64,000 nucleotides of DNA, from positions 1-64,000 of IMG/VR virus record IMGVR_UViG_3300014208_000024. One strand, 5' to 3'. Under the pieces are notes generated by a model. It searched no databases. It was not told where the DNA came from and saw nothing but the letters and a program-made list of their open reading frames with translations. The translations under genes were made by a program, and so were the position numbers. Every line of letters begins with the position of its first letter. The first letter of the stretch is position 1. The DNA is from a virus (lineage: Duplodnaviria > Caudoviricetes). Positions 19,357-28,523 of the stretch are shown piece by piece.

Positions 19357-20604
19357 TTATACACTTTCTTCTTTTGAGACCCTTTCTATATCTTCTGCCC
19401 ACATAAAATATGCTTCATCTCCAGTTTTTTCATATTCTTCTTTTAATCTTCTTATTAATATTGGTAATTCTGAATTATGGAAATTTAGAACAATTTTGTT
19501 TTCTTTTTGTGAAAAATTAGATTTTGTAAATCCTTCAAGGTGACTATCTATTCCTTGATCTATAATATTTTTAAAAATTTTTATGTCTGAACTGCCAACT
19601 GGAATTGTTATTGGAAAAAATTCCCAATTCTCACTATGACTTATTTCGCCTTCTTTTAAAATTTTTAATTCTTTTTCAATTTTATTTTTTTTACTTTCCA
19701 GTAAGGTTTTTTTGTGAATCTTTAAAATTTCTTCTTGTATAAATTCCATTACTGGCTCACTTTGTTTTGACAAAAACATTGCATCTTCATCTTTTTCAAC
19801 TCTACCAGTTGGATAAAAACTTAAATCGTATGAACTCCAATTATCTTCTATAGTACCAGCTGCGTGCGCTGTTAAAACCCAAGGAAATTTAACAGGAATC
19901 CCCTCTTTGTTTTTAAAAATAAACTCTACTAAGTATTTCTTCCACTGAGGAGTTGTAGAATCAACAGTCATTCCGCCTGGATTATATTCTGCCTTCACAA
20001 TACTCATATCAATATTATGATCCTTAAAATGTTTCCATATTGCAGATATGTTTTCCCATCCAGTATCTTTATATCTTTGTCCGTGATCTTTTTGTTTATA
20101 AAGTTTGTATATGTAATTCATTGCAGACTTTGTGCTTCTACCATCAAGTGGATTTCCAGAGGCAAGTGCTAATCCTGAATCTGAAGTTTCTTCATCTATT
20201 CCACCCCACTCTTTAGCCTTAACTTTGTAATCATTTCTATAATCATCAAATTCTGGATCTGGACCATCATCAGCTTGTTTTTCAAATTCTTTTTCTAAAG
20301 CAGAATTAATTTCACTCCAATCACCACTTTCTTCATCAAAAAGAGCTTTTATTGCTTCTTCTCCTTCAATAACACTTCCGTCATCACTTATTGCTCTGTC
20401 TATAGAAGTATTTGTTCCACCATGAAAGCCAACTGAGTCATCTGGCGCCTCAACTTCCATTGAAGCTTCTATTTTATAATGTTTTCCATCTGCAGAATTA
20501 ACAAAATCAATTGTTGCGTTTAAAACATAATCTCTACTTCTTCTAAAATTAGATTCTTCAATTAGTTTTTCAACTTCTTTTGTAACAAACTCTTGTAATT
20601 TCAT
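19357..20604 (-). CDS. Hypothetical acidic protein, probably virion-associated
   Basis: MKLQEFVTKEVEKLIEE N-terminus; internal module shared with 39835-40992. Confidence 0.75.
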   Translation of the reverse strand: MKLQEFVTKEVEKLIEESNFRRSRDYVLNATIDFVNSADGKHYKIEASMEVEAPDDSVGFHGGTNTSIDRAISDDGSVIEGEEAIKALFDEESGDWSEINSALEKEFEKQADDGPDPEFDDYRNDYKVKAKEWGGIDEETSDSGLALASGNPLDGRSTKSAMNYIYKLYKQKDHGQRYKDTGWENISAIWKHFKDHNIDMSIVKAEYNPGGMTVDSTTPQWKKYLVEFIFKNKEGIPVKFPWVLTAHAAGTIEDNWSSYDLSFYPTGRVEKDEDAMFLSKQSEPVMEFIQEEILKIHKKTLLESKKNKIEKELKILKEGEISHSENWEFFPITIPVGSSDIKIFKNIIDQGIDSHLEGFTKSNFSQKENKIVLNFHNSELPILIRRLKEEYEKTGDEAYFMWAEDIERVSKEESV

Positions 20605-20670
20605 ATAGTTTAATTTCTATATAAATAGATAAAAAAAACCCGATTTTTTTAGTCGGGTTATTTGGTTTAT

Positions 20671-21465
20671 CTACCTTAATCCATATCCTCTCATACAAGA
20701 TGCACAATTGGGAATAAAAATATCATAAAACACTTTGCTGAATTCTTTGAATCTTTCTCTAAATCCACCTTTTAAATATTCTTCTACTTTTGCATAATCC
20801 CAAACTCCAAATCCACATTTATAAATTTTTCCTATTTCATCAATAAGAAAACTATATTGATGTTCTGGATTATGACAATAACATGACATTGTTGAGTAAA
20901 AATTATATTCATACATTGATCTTCCAATTGGAACAATATAGTCGTCTTTTTTATCAAAAAAATCAGTTTTAACAAAAATTTTCTTCTCTTTTAATATTTT
21001 TTCTGCTTGATCTACGTGTTTATTGGTGTGAAATTTGTCGTTTGATAATGCAAAATAAACGTTTTTAAATTGAGAAATAAATTTTGGAAATGTTGAATCG
21101 TGTTCTACCCAATCAGAATTACTTACGATTCTTGCAATCCCTACACTTGGAATTATTTCAGATAAAATTTCTTTATATTCTGGATTACAAAAAATTTCTC
21201 CACCCATCAAATTTGCTCTCTTAATTCCATTTGCTTTAATAAAAGTAGCAATTTTTTTTGCCATTGGAATCGTCATCATATCTTTTGATTCTGGTGAACA
21301 ATCAAAGCAACAGTGTTTACAACTTTGAGTGCATTTCGTTGTAATTCTTATTGTAGCAGAAAGACCTGCATGTTTAGGACAATTATCTTTTACTTTGCAA
21401 GTTTCACAATTACACTTTCCATTGGTGGGACATTTTTTTTCAAGACAAATATCACAAGGACTCAT
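20671..21465 (-). CDS. Radical SAM protein
   Basis: CTQSCKHC (CxxxCxxC), LMGGE. Confidence 0.9.
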   Translation of the reverse strand: MSPCDICLEKKCPTNGKCNCETCKVKDNCPKHAGLSATIRITTKCTQSCKHCCFDCSPESKDMMTIPMAKKIATFIKANGIKRANLMGGEIFCNPEYKEILSEIIPSVGIARIVSNSDWVEHDSTFPKFISQFKNVYFALSNDKFHTNKHVDQAEKILKEKKIFVKTDFFDKKDDYIVPIGRSMYEYNFYSTMSCYCHNPEHQYSFLIDEIGKIYKCGFGVWDYAKVEEYLKGGFRERFKEFSKVFYDIFIPNCASCMRGYGLR

Positions 21466-21667
21466 GTTTAAAATGTTTTTGTTTTAAAAAAACCCCCGCA
21501 TCTCGTATACGGGGGAACTTTTGTTTTTCTAATCGAACTTCCATCTTGGACGCATGGGCTGGCCTATTCTAAACTTATCTGAAGGGCATCCGAGAATCCC
21601 AGGAATTGCTTACAACCACGAAGCTGAATCTACCAATCTATACGCAAACTTTTTAAAAAAGTTACAT

Positions 21668-22315
21668 TCAAATCAAAGACAAATCTCCATTAAGCTCTTT
21701 TTTAACAGCTTCGTCTCCGAATTTCCCTTTAATTCTATCAAGCCAAATTTGAGTTTTCAACTTAACCATCCAAACTATATCATTACCTTTGGTTTTTCTT
21801 ATTCCTTTAGCCATGATACCTTCTTGAACATCAAATTTACCAATTTTTACATCATTTACGAGCTCTTTATTAAGATTGCCTTGATACAGCACCCTTGGAA
21901 TTCCAAGATGCTCAAAATTGTCTACAAACTCTTTTGGGGGAACCCACCCTTTTTGAAACAAGTTTACATCAAAAAGAATTATATCCATAATATCTCCTTC
22001 TTGATGGAACCCAGCAAAAGAGTTGGGACCATAATATTCAGAGAATACTACAAAATTTCTAATGTTTCTATAACTCTTGTCATCGATAAATACTTTGGCA
22101 AGTCCTTCGCCGTACTTATTTAAAAACAAAGTTACCGCAGAGCCAAACTGTTCATGTTTTTCATCAATCATGTTGTTTCTGGTACCAAATTTATACCAAC
22201 CACGTTTTTTGGTAAACTCACATCTAATGTTGCTTCCATCTAGTTTTTCGAAGCCCCATACTGGTGCACCTAATATACCTTTATTCCAATATTCTATATG
22301 TGGATAATGTTTCAT
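21668..22315 (-). CDS. Rnl2-like ATP-dependent RNA ligase
   Basis: EKLDGSN (motif I), FSEYYG, LFDV, EGIMAK, VKLK; start re-chosen at MKHYPHI. Confidence 0.75.
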   Translation of the reverse strand: MKHYPHIEYWNKGILGAPVWGFEKLDGSNIRCEFTKKRGWYKFGTRNNMIDEKHEQFGSAVTLFLNKYGEGLAKVFIDDKSYRNIRNFVVFSEYYGPNSFAGFHQEGDIMDIILFDVNLFQKGWVPPKEFVDNFEHLGIPRVLYQGNLNKELVNDVKIGKFDVQEGIMAKGIRKTKGNDIVWMVKLKTQIWLDRIKGKFGDEAVKKELNGDLSLI

Positions 22316-22497
22316 AATACAAAATTTTAAAATTAATACTGATTTTGTCGTCTGGAAAACCCAGACAAATAGATGCTGTATAATGACAATGTATGCCAAA
22401 ATTTAGCAAATAGCATGTTTTTATCTGGAGAATCCAGATAACTTATGCTTTATGAAAAGAATCTAACAAATAGACGCATTGTAATCTTTATAATTTG

Positions 22498-22579
22498 TGA
22501 CCAAAAGGAGAGTCGAACTCCTACACCTTTCGATACCAGCTTCTTAGACTGGGTTGTCTACCAATTCCAACATTTGGCC
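22498..22579 (-). tRNA. tRNA-Leu(AAG)
   Basis: GGCCAAA/TTTGGTC acceptor, CCAGT-CTAAGAA-GCTGG, long V arm. Confidence 0.85.
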
Positions 22580-22584
22580 ATTTG

Positions 22585-22659
22585 TATCCCCTCTGGGATT
22601 CGAACCCAGAAAACTTCTGCTCTTGAGGCAGACGACTTTACCAATTTGCCCAAGAGGAC
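22585..22659 (-). tRNA. tRNA-Leu(CAA), short variable loop
   Basis: GTCCTCT/AGGGGAT acceptor, TCTGC-CTCAAGA-GCAGA. Confidence 0.85.
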
Positions 22660-23526
22660 TTATTTATTTAATTCTTTTTCATAATATTTTATCCATTTTC
22701 TTATTGCATTATCTGATACACCATATTTTATTCCAACTGCACGATAATTTGTTTCTTTTATTTCTTTCAAAAGTTGTTCATGTGAAGGACGATCTACTTT
22801 TCGTTGATTTATTTTTGCACATTCATCACATGTTTTACTCCTGTTTTGTATTTCCTTATTACATTTTGGACAATAATGTTTTTTATGTATTCTTTTGTTT
22901 TTTATTTTTTTAATTATATCTTTTTCTTTAAATTTCAATCCATGTTCAGACATTAATTTGTATATTGCTCCATGATTATTGCTTTTTGTACTCATTCCAC
23001 ATTTTTTCAATACTTCTCTTACACTATTAGATTCTTTTATAATTTTTATTGCCAACTGTTTATCAAGGTGGTTTTTTGTTTTTTTCTTCCCCTTTTCCTC
23101 TATTGCATGACAATTTGGACATAAAACAATTAAGTTTTCCAATTTGTTGTTTTCACTGTTCCCGTCTTTATGATGTAATTCTATAGGAATTTCATTTTTT
23201 TCCCATTCTGTTCTATTACATTGATAACATTTGTGTTCAAAATACCCTTCTTCAATTAATCTCTTTTTTAAAGAATCAGATTTTATAAACAATTCGTTAT
23301 TTAAATATTTAGAAATAGGTGTTTTGTAACCCAAAACCTTTCCTTTACTCCAAGAACTTCCATAAAAATGATTAATATTAATGTTAAATTCTTTGATTTT
23401 ATTCTTTAATGACCTATAATTTCCGCCTGCTGGAATTATTCCAAAATTATTCATTACTTCCCTTAATGAAAAAGAACTATTGACTACATTTTCCAAATCT
23501 TCTTTTTTTATTTTTTTTATTTTCAT
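22660..23526 (-). CDS. HNH homing endonuclease inside tRNA array
   Basis: CYQC...ELHHKDGNSENNKLENLIVLCPNCH. Confidence 0.9.
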   Translation of the reverse strand: MKIKKIKKEDLENVVNSSFSLREVMNNFGIIPAGGNYRSLKNKIKEFNININHFYGSSWSKGKVLGYKTPISKYLNNELFIKSDSLKKRLIEEGYFEHKCYQCNRTEWEKNEIPIELHHKDGNSENNKLENLIVLCPNCHAIEEKGKKKTKNHLDKQLAIKIIKESNSVREVLKKCGMSTKSNNHGAIYKLMSEHGLKFKEKDIIKKIKNKRIHKKHYCPKCNKEIQNRSKTCDECAKINQRKVDRPSHEQLLKEIKETNYRAVGIKYGVSDNAIRKWIKYYEKELNK

Positions 23527-23626
23527 ATATTTTTTTATTTATAAATAGCACAAAAAATTAAAACGCAAAAGAAACACTTGAAATGCCTTTACCTTTTTTA
23601 ATTTAATTATTCAAAGAACCTTTTTG

Positions 23627-23713
23627 TAGCTCAGATCGGAGTCGAACCGACACGGATTTTACAACCCGATGGATTTTAAGTCCATTGCGTATAACCAGTT
23701 TCGCCACTGAGCC
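23627..23713 (-). tRNA. tRNA-Leu(TAA)
   Basis: GGCTCAG/CTGAGCT, ATGGA-CTTAAAA-TCCAT, long V arm. Confidence 0.92.
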
Positions 23714-23719
23714 ATTTTG

Positions 23720-23802
23720 TGCGGGTGAAGGGATTCGAACCCCCACGTCTTTCGACGCTACATCCTAAGTGTAGTGCGTATAACCAGTTTCGCCACACCC
23801 GC
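23720..23802 (-). tRNA. tRNA-Leu(TAG)
   Basis: GCGGGTG/CACCCGC, CTACA-CTTAGGA-TGTAG. Confidence 0.93.
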
Positions 23803-23807
23803 ATTTG

Positions 23808-23891
23808 AGCACATGGAGGGATTTGAACCCCCGACTCTTTCGAGATAACAGTTTTGCAGACTGATGGCTTAGACCACTCACCCACATGTGC
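23808..23891 (-). tRNA. tRNA-Cys(GCA) with long variable arm
   Basis: GCACATG/CATGTGC, U73, loop CTGCAAA, CTC-GAAA-GAG V arm. Confidence 0.82.
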
Positions 23892-23897
23892 ATTTTG

Positions 23898-23984
23898 TAT
23901 CCCCACTCAGATTCGAACTGAGAACGTTTCCATGTATTCCACAGGGTTTAAGCCTGCAAGCTTTTCCAATTTGCTCATGGGGAC
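23898..23984 (-). tRNA. tRNA-Leu(TAA)
   Basis: GTCCCCA/TGGGGAT, GCAGG-CTTAAAC-CCTGT. Confidence 0.85.
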
Positions 23985-23990
23985 ATTTAA

Positions 23991-24131
23991 AATTTAGGGG
24001 AAAAGCAAAAAGAGTGTTGAAGATTTCTCTTCGGAGGATTTGAACCTCATTCCCTTTCGGGAGATTGATTTTTGGTCAATTGCGTAAACCAGTTTCTCCA
24101 CGATGTAACTCTTTTAATGGCCACCTAAATT
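23991..24131 (-). ncRNA. Cassette A: permuted Leu-like tRNA body with acceptor stem capped by a short purine loop
   Basis: AATTTAGG/CCTAAATT and AAAAGAGT/ACTCTTTT flank stems, TGGCCA, TACATC^G; cargo 24019-24101. Confidence 0.75.
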
Positions 24132-24160
24132 AAATTTTCAATATTTTAAAGAACATATAA

Positions 24161-24200
24161 AAACAAAAACGGGAGCAAGTTTTTTTAACTGCTCCCGTTT
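24161..24200 (-). terminator. Attenuator terminator of the Leu/Cys tRNA array
   Basis: AAACGGGAGCA...TGCTCCCGTTTTT; leader TGCTCCC (24257-24263) can pair with GGGAGCA. Confidence 0.82.
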
Positions 24201-24224
24201 CTGGTTTATTGGTTTATCTCGCAT

Positions 24225-24305
24225 TTATGCAAAATCATTCCAGGTCAACTTGCTTTGGGAGCAATTTGATAGTAAGAGGCATAAACACAAAGATAAAGTT
24301 TTCAT
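24225..24305 (-). CDS. Leader peptide MKTLSLCLCLLLSNCSQSKLTWNDFA
   Basis: 7 Leu and 3 Cys in 26 aa, upstream of Leu and Cys tRNAs. Confidence 0.82.
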   Translation of the reverse strand: MKTLSLCLCLLLSNCSQSKLTWNDFA

Positions 24306-24344
24306 AATTTCAGTTTATATTAAATAGTCTAATTTTTCTAATTT

Positions 24345-24371
24345 CTACGCAAAGATATAAAAAAAGTTACA
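24345..24371 (-). promoter_or_regulatory. TGTAAC-N16-CGTAG promoter with overlapping TATCTTTG
   Basis: Recurring motif. Confidence 0.7.
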
Positions 24372-24393
24372 TTAAAAACAAGTTTTTTCCTAA

Positions 24394-24615
24394 TTATTTT
24401 TTATCTTGCTGATTTTCAATACTCTTTTTTTCTATTCCTTTTATTAATTTCTTAATTCTTACAATTTGTCTTCTCCAATTTCCTTTTTGTTCATGAGTAT
24501 AAACAGAAGAAAAGTATATAAAAGCCGCTAAATCTTTTTGATTTTCAATTAAAGATTCAATTCCTCTTTTTTTACAAAAATCTTCCCAAGATTCTCTTTT
24601 GTTTTCTTTAATCAT
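24394..24615 (-). CDS. Hypothetical protein
   Basis: Short ORF. Confidence 0.55.
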   Translation of the reverse strand: MIKENKRESWEDFCKKRGIESLIENQKDLAAFIYFSSVYTHEQKGNWRRQIVRIKKLIKGIEKKSIENQQDKK

Positions 24616-24708
24616 AATATTTTTTTTTCAAATATAGTAAAACTTTTATTAAAAAACAAAAAAACCCCAAACGAATTCGGGGTTTTATAAAAAATTTTGT
24701 TCTCAACA

Positions 24709-25962
24709 TTATACTCCAGAGAAGAAAGTTGCAACAACAACTTGTGGAGTTATATTTGTCATTACCAGAGAATAGAATGATTCTCCAGATACGGCACCAG
24801 TTACATCGCCAATTTTACTTGTTCCATTTACAGTAAATGATCTCAAAGGAGTTTCTTCGTTTGTTGATGCTGACATTGTAATTGTTACTGCTGTTGGAAT
24901 ATATCCATAAGAAGCTGACACGGTATTTGTAGTAGCTGTAATTCCACTTACAATACAAGACGACGAACCAGACAAGGTTCCAATCACAGAATTTAAGAAA
25001 CTAACTCCATTAAAAGTAAACGCACTTAAGTTTGTTGCAGTAGTTGCAGATGTACTTCCAGATGCGGTAGATATGGTTCCACCACTTGCTGATGCTGTTA
25101 TAGGAATATTTACAATAGATGCTTCCATTGAAAATGTTTTTGCTGTTGCAACGTTTGCAAATTCTGTTGTTAAAGTATTTGTATAAGCAGTAACTCCACT
25201 TATACTGCAACTCGATGATCCAGACAAGGTTCCAGTAACAGAATTCAAGAAACTACCATTGTTAAAATTAAGTGTTTTTAAATAAGTTGCTGTAGTTGCA
25301 GTAGAACTTCCAGATGAGCTTATACTTCCTGTGCCAACTACGGATGTGTCTATTGTAAGGTTTACATTAACTGATGACATAGAAAATGTTCTAGCTGTTG
25401 TTACAACATCAAACGAAGCGCTTAGAGTGTGTGCTGTAGATACATTTGTTATTGTATAAGCAGATGTTCCACTAGCAACATAAACCAAACTTCCCATTTT
25501 ACTAACTCCATTATCAACTAAAGTAGATAAACTTGGAACAGATGTAACCACAACATTTCCCGTTGGAGTTATTGTTCCTAATGTTGGACTTTGTTCTGTA
25601 ACAACTATTGTTCTACTGCTTGCTGGTAATACAAGAGTAAATGTAATATTTTCTCCTTCCGATACTGATGATGAAGTTGGTAATATAGTACCTGAATAAT
25701 TTCCAGTAACAGATGCTGTTAAGCGAAATTTTGAAAATTCACTATCACCTGGAACACTAAATGGGTTTGTAAAAGATTTTCCCAAATATGTTTCTATGTG
25801 TCTTAAACGTCTTTCATAGGTACTTAATTGGAGTTGATCTATATGCGTAATTTCTTCAATATCTCTTGATTGTGAGTATGCGTCAATTGTTATATGTGAA
25901 ATTACTCCATTTACCTTATAGTAAAGAGTTCTCTTTTTTGGTGTGTTGTTTTTTATAATCAT
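24709..25962 (-). CDS. Ser/Thr-rich beta-repeat protein, probable virion surface or fibre protein
   Basis: Internal duplication: ATTAT...FLNSV.GTLSGSSSC.(I/V)SG.TA.TNT occurs twice. Confidence 0.65.
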   Translation of the reverse strand: MIIKNNTPKKRTLYYKVNGVISHITIDAYSQSRDIEEITHIDQLQLSTYERRLRHIETYLGKSFTNPFSVPGDSEFSKFRLTASVTGNYSGTILPTSSSVSEGENITFTLVLPASSRTIVVTEQSPTLGTITPTGNVVVTSVPSLSTLVDNGVSKMGSLVYVASGTSAYTITNVSTAHTLSASFDVVTTARTFSMSSVNVNLTIDTSVVGTGSISSSGSSTATTATYLKTLNFNNGSFLNSVTGTLSGSSSCSISGVTAYTNTLTTEFANVATAKTFSMEASIVNIPITASASGGTISTASGSTSATTATNLSAFTFNGVSFLNSVIGTLSGSSSCIVSGITATTNTVSASYGYIPTAVTITMSASTNEETPLRSFTVNGTSKIGDVTGAVSGESFYSLVMTNITPQVVVATFFSGV

Positions 25963-26020
25963 GACTTTTTTATTTTAATATAAATATCAAAAAAAACAAA
26001 AAACACGTTATAAAAAAAAA

Positions 26021-26251
26021 TTATTGTTTATTATGTTTATAAAAAATATAGGTAATAGTCCAAGAAACCCAAATGAATCCAATTGAAACAATAATTAAAC
26101 ATATTTTCAAAGAAGGATGTGGAATTGGGTCAAACATTTCTGTTCCAAAAAATCCAAGGGCAAAACTTGGAATTGAAACAATACTGCTCAAAAATTCTTT
26201 AAACAAATTTTTTTCAAGGAAAAAATTCTTAATTTTTAATAATGTTTTCAT
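26021..26251 (-). CDS. Hypothetical membrane protein
   Basis: Two hydrophobic segments. Confidence 0.6.
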   Translation of the reverse strand: MKTLLKIKNFFLEKNLFKEFLSSIVSIPSFALGFFGTEMFDPIPHPSLKICLIIVSIGFIWVSWTITYIFYKHNKQ

Positions 26252-26884
26252 TTATTCTTCTTTAAAATAATCAATTAAACTTTCAACACAAAGTTTCACT
26301 TTAGGCTTTATATCATATTTTTCATCATTCATAAGAGTAAAAACATTAATTCCAGCATGAGTAAGTTTGCTGTGAATATCAATAGTAAAATCTTGATGTC
26401 TAATAATTTCATTCATTTGTTTTTCCGTCATTCCTTCTCTGGACATGATCCTTTTTTTTCTTATTTTCAGCGAAGCATCAACCAACACTACATGGTCAAA
26501 AAGTTTATAAGTTTTTCCTTTTGTAAGAATAGCGTTTTCCATCATAACAAACGGACATTTTTCTTTATAAATCTTTTTAAATTTCCAATCCAAAAAATTT
26601 TTCAAAACAGCTGGGTGAACCAATCCTTCAACAATTTGTAATTTTTTTTCATCTGAAAAAATTATTTCTGCAAGCCTTTTTTTATCTAATTCCCCATTCT
26701 TATAAATGTCGCTACCAAATATGTCACAAAAACTACAAAAAACTCTTTCATCTTCGACCATTACTTTTTTTGCAGCAATATCTGTGTTAAATACTGGTAT
26801 TCCAAATTCTTCGAAAATATTGGATATATAAGTTTTACCAACTCCAATACATCCAGTTATAGCAACCATTTTGTTAAAACTCAT
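26252..26884 (-). CDS. coaE: Dephospho-CoA kinase
   Basis: VAITGCIGVGKT, NTDIAAK, LAEIIF, LVHPAV. Confidence 0.88.
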   Translation of the reverse strand: MSFNKMVAITGCIGVGKTYISNIFEEFGIPVFNTDIAAKKVMVEDERVFCSFCDIFGSDIYKNGELDKKRLAEIIFSDEKKLQIVEGLVHPAVLKNFLDWKFKKIYKEKCPFVMMENAILTKGKTYKLFDHVVLVDASLKIRKKRIMSREGMTEKQMNEIIRHQDFTIDIHSKLTHAGINVFTLMNDEKYDIKPKVKLCVESLIDYFKEE

Positions 26885-26886
26885 AA

Positions 26887-27741
26887 TTATTCAAGATTAA
26901 AACTGCTTTTATATATTTTCATATCTTTTAGATCAAGAAATTTTGACATAATTTCTGGTTCATATAAAGATATTTTAATATTATGACCACCCTTCAAAAG
27001 ATATGGATAAAAATTGGCACCAAAAGCTATTTGGTTTTGTTTCTCTGGAAGATTCTTGATCAAATATTCCCAATCAATTTCTTTTTTTTCGGCCCTACCT
27101 TGACTTCCATATGGAAGAAGAACAAAATAATCAACTTTATTTTTCCAGTAATCATAAATCTTTACAAAGTAATCAATAGACTCTTTGTCGGAAATAATAA
27201 TATGAAAATTGAGTTTTATTCTGTGTGCATGAAAAGTTAAAGCTGAATTATGCCAGAAATGTTCAAGGTGCGGATGGCAACTAACAGCAACGCCACCACA
27301 ATACTTTTGAGTTGCATCTATAATATCAAACCAATTTTCTTCTTGATAAAACATTCCATTTGTGGTGTAATTTGGACAAATGTCAAACTCTTCTTTTAGA
27401 ACTCTCAAAAGCTCAATAAAATCTGGATGCGATGTTGGCTCACCACCTCCGAGAGCAACCTGAAAAGGCAGATTTTCCTTTGGGATATTATTAAAAAAAT
27501 CCCTGGTTTTATCTATAATATTTTCATAATGTTCTGTTGGTTTGCTATCCATATAACAATATGGGCAATTTCCATCACAATTTCCAGTAACTTTAATGTC
27601 ATAAAACTCTGGATACCTTAATTCTGTAATTGGTTTTGAGGGGTCAATAGCAAACCTGAGTGTTTTTCCACCGCACCATATTGCTTTATAGTTGGCAGAT
27701 TCCTCTATTCTATTTTTTATTCCAGAAACTTTATTATTCAT
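26887..27741 (-). CDS. Radical SAM protein
   Basis: CDGNCPYCY, ALGGGEPTSHP, YTTNG. Confidence 0.9.
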   Translation of the reverse strand: MNNKVSGIKNRIEESANYKAIWCGGKTLRFAIDPSKPITELRYPEFYDIKVTGNCDGNCPYCYMDSKPTEHYENIIDKTRDFFNNIPKENLPFQVALGGGEPTSHPDFIELLRVLKEEFDICPNYTTNGMFYQEENWFDIIDATQKYCGGVAVSCHPHLEHFWHNSALTFHAHRIKLNFHIIISDKESIDYFVKIYDYWKNKVDYFVLLPYGSQGRAEKKEIDWEYLIKNLPEKQNQIAFGANFYPYLLKGGHNIKISLYEPEIMSKFLDLKDMKIYKSSFNLE

Positions 27742-28072
27742 CGTCTTTGTATTTTATTTCAATTGTTGTAAAATATTTTTTAATAATTTCCATCAAAAAC
27801 TCTTCATTTTGATCTATGCGACACATATAGACATTGCTAAGATTAATATTGTCAGGAATTAAAAAATCACTTTTATACTTATAATTTTCCCAACTTTCTA
27901 TTCTTGTTTCTCCACCACCCTTTGTTTTTATAAGCTCAAATATGTCTTTTAAAACTCCTTCTGTTGTTGAAATATCAACAATGAACAATTCTGTACTTGA
28001 ATTTGTAATCAAACTTACTAAACTATGTAGCTTGATAAATACTGTTTTTTTATCCATCTCTTGTTGCTTCAT
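27734..28072 (-). CDS. HSxVxLITNSST-motif protein 3
   Basis: LHSLVSLITNSSTELF. Confidence 0.7.
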   Translation of the reverse strand: MKQQEMDKKTVFIKLHSLVSLITNSSTELFIVDISTTEGVLKDIFELIKTKGGGETRIESWENYKYKSDFLIPDNINLSNVYMCRIDQNEEFLMEIIKKYFTTIEIKYKDDE

Positions 28073-28511
28073 GATCTGTTGAATAAAGATATTTTAAAAG
28101 TTTATTGGCCAATTCGTTGTATTTTTTGTCTTTAGGAAGTAACTCAAGATTTGAAGGATAACTAAAATATTCAAAATGAGTATTGCTTTCCTCCGCTTTA
28201 ACCATCCATTTTGGTTTTTCAATCTCACCTTTTAGAACCTTAATTTTAATATCATTTATAAAAGCGTCTCTATCTGTCACATCTTCTGGAAAATCAAATT
28301 CTCCATCATAATAATAGTAATTTTTAGAAAGAAAAATGTCTGCATAAAATAAATCGTCAAATGTTTTATCTTCATTGCCAAAAACCTTTAACATTTCATT
28401 TATAAGACTTCTAATTGCACCAATACTTCCGTTGCTATAAGTAAAAATGACTGTGCTTGAATTAGTAATCAAATCCACTGAACTGTGCAAAATAATTTTA
28501 AATGTTTTCAT
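28050..28511 (-). CDS. HSxVxLITNSST-motif protein 2
   Basis: LHSSVDLITNSSTVIF. Confidence 0.75.
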   Translation of the reverse strand: MKTFKIILHSSVDLITNSSTVIFTYSNGSIGAIRSLINEMLKVFGNEDKTFDDLFYADIFLSKNYYYYDGEFDFPEDVTDRDAFINDIKIKVLKGEIEKPKWMVKAEESNTHFEYFSYPSNLELLPKDKKYNELANKLLKYLYSTDHEATRDG

Positions 28512-28523
28512 ATTTTTATTTTT

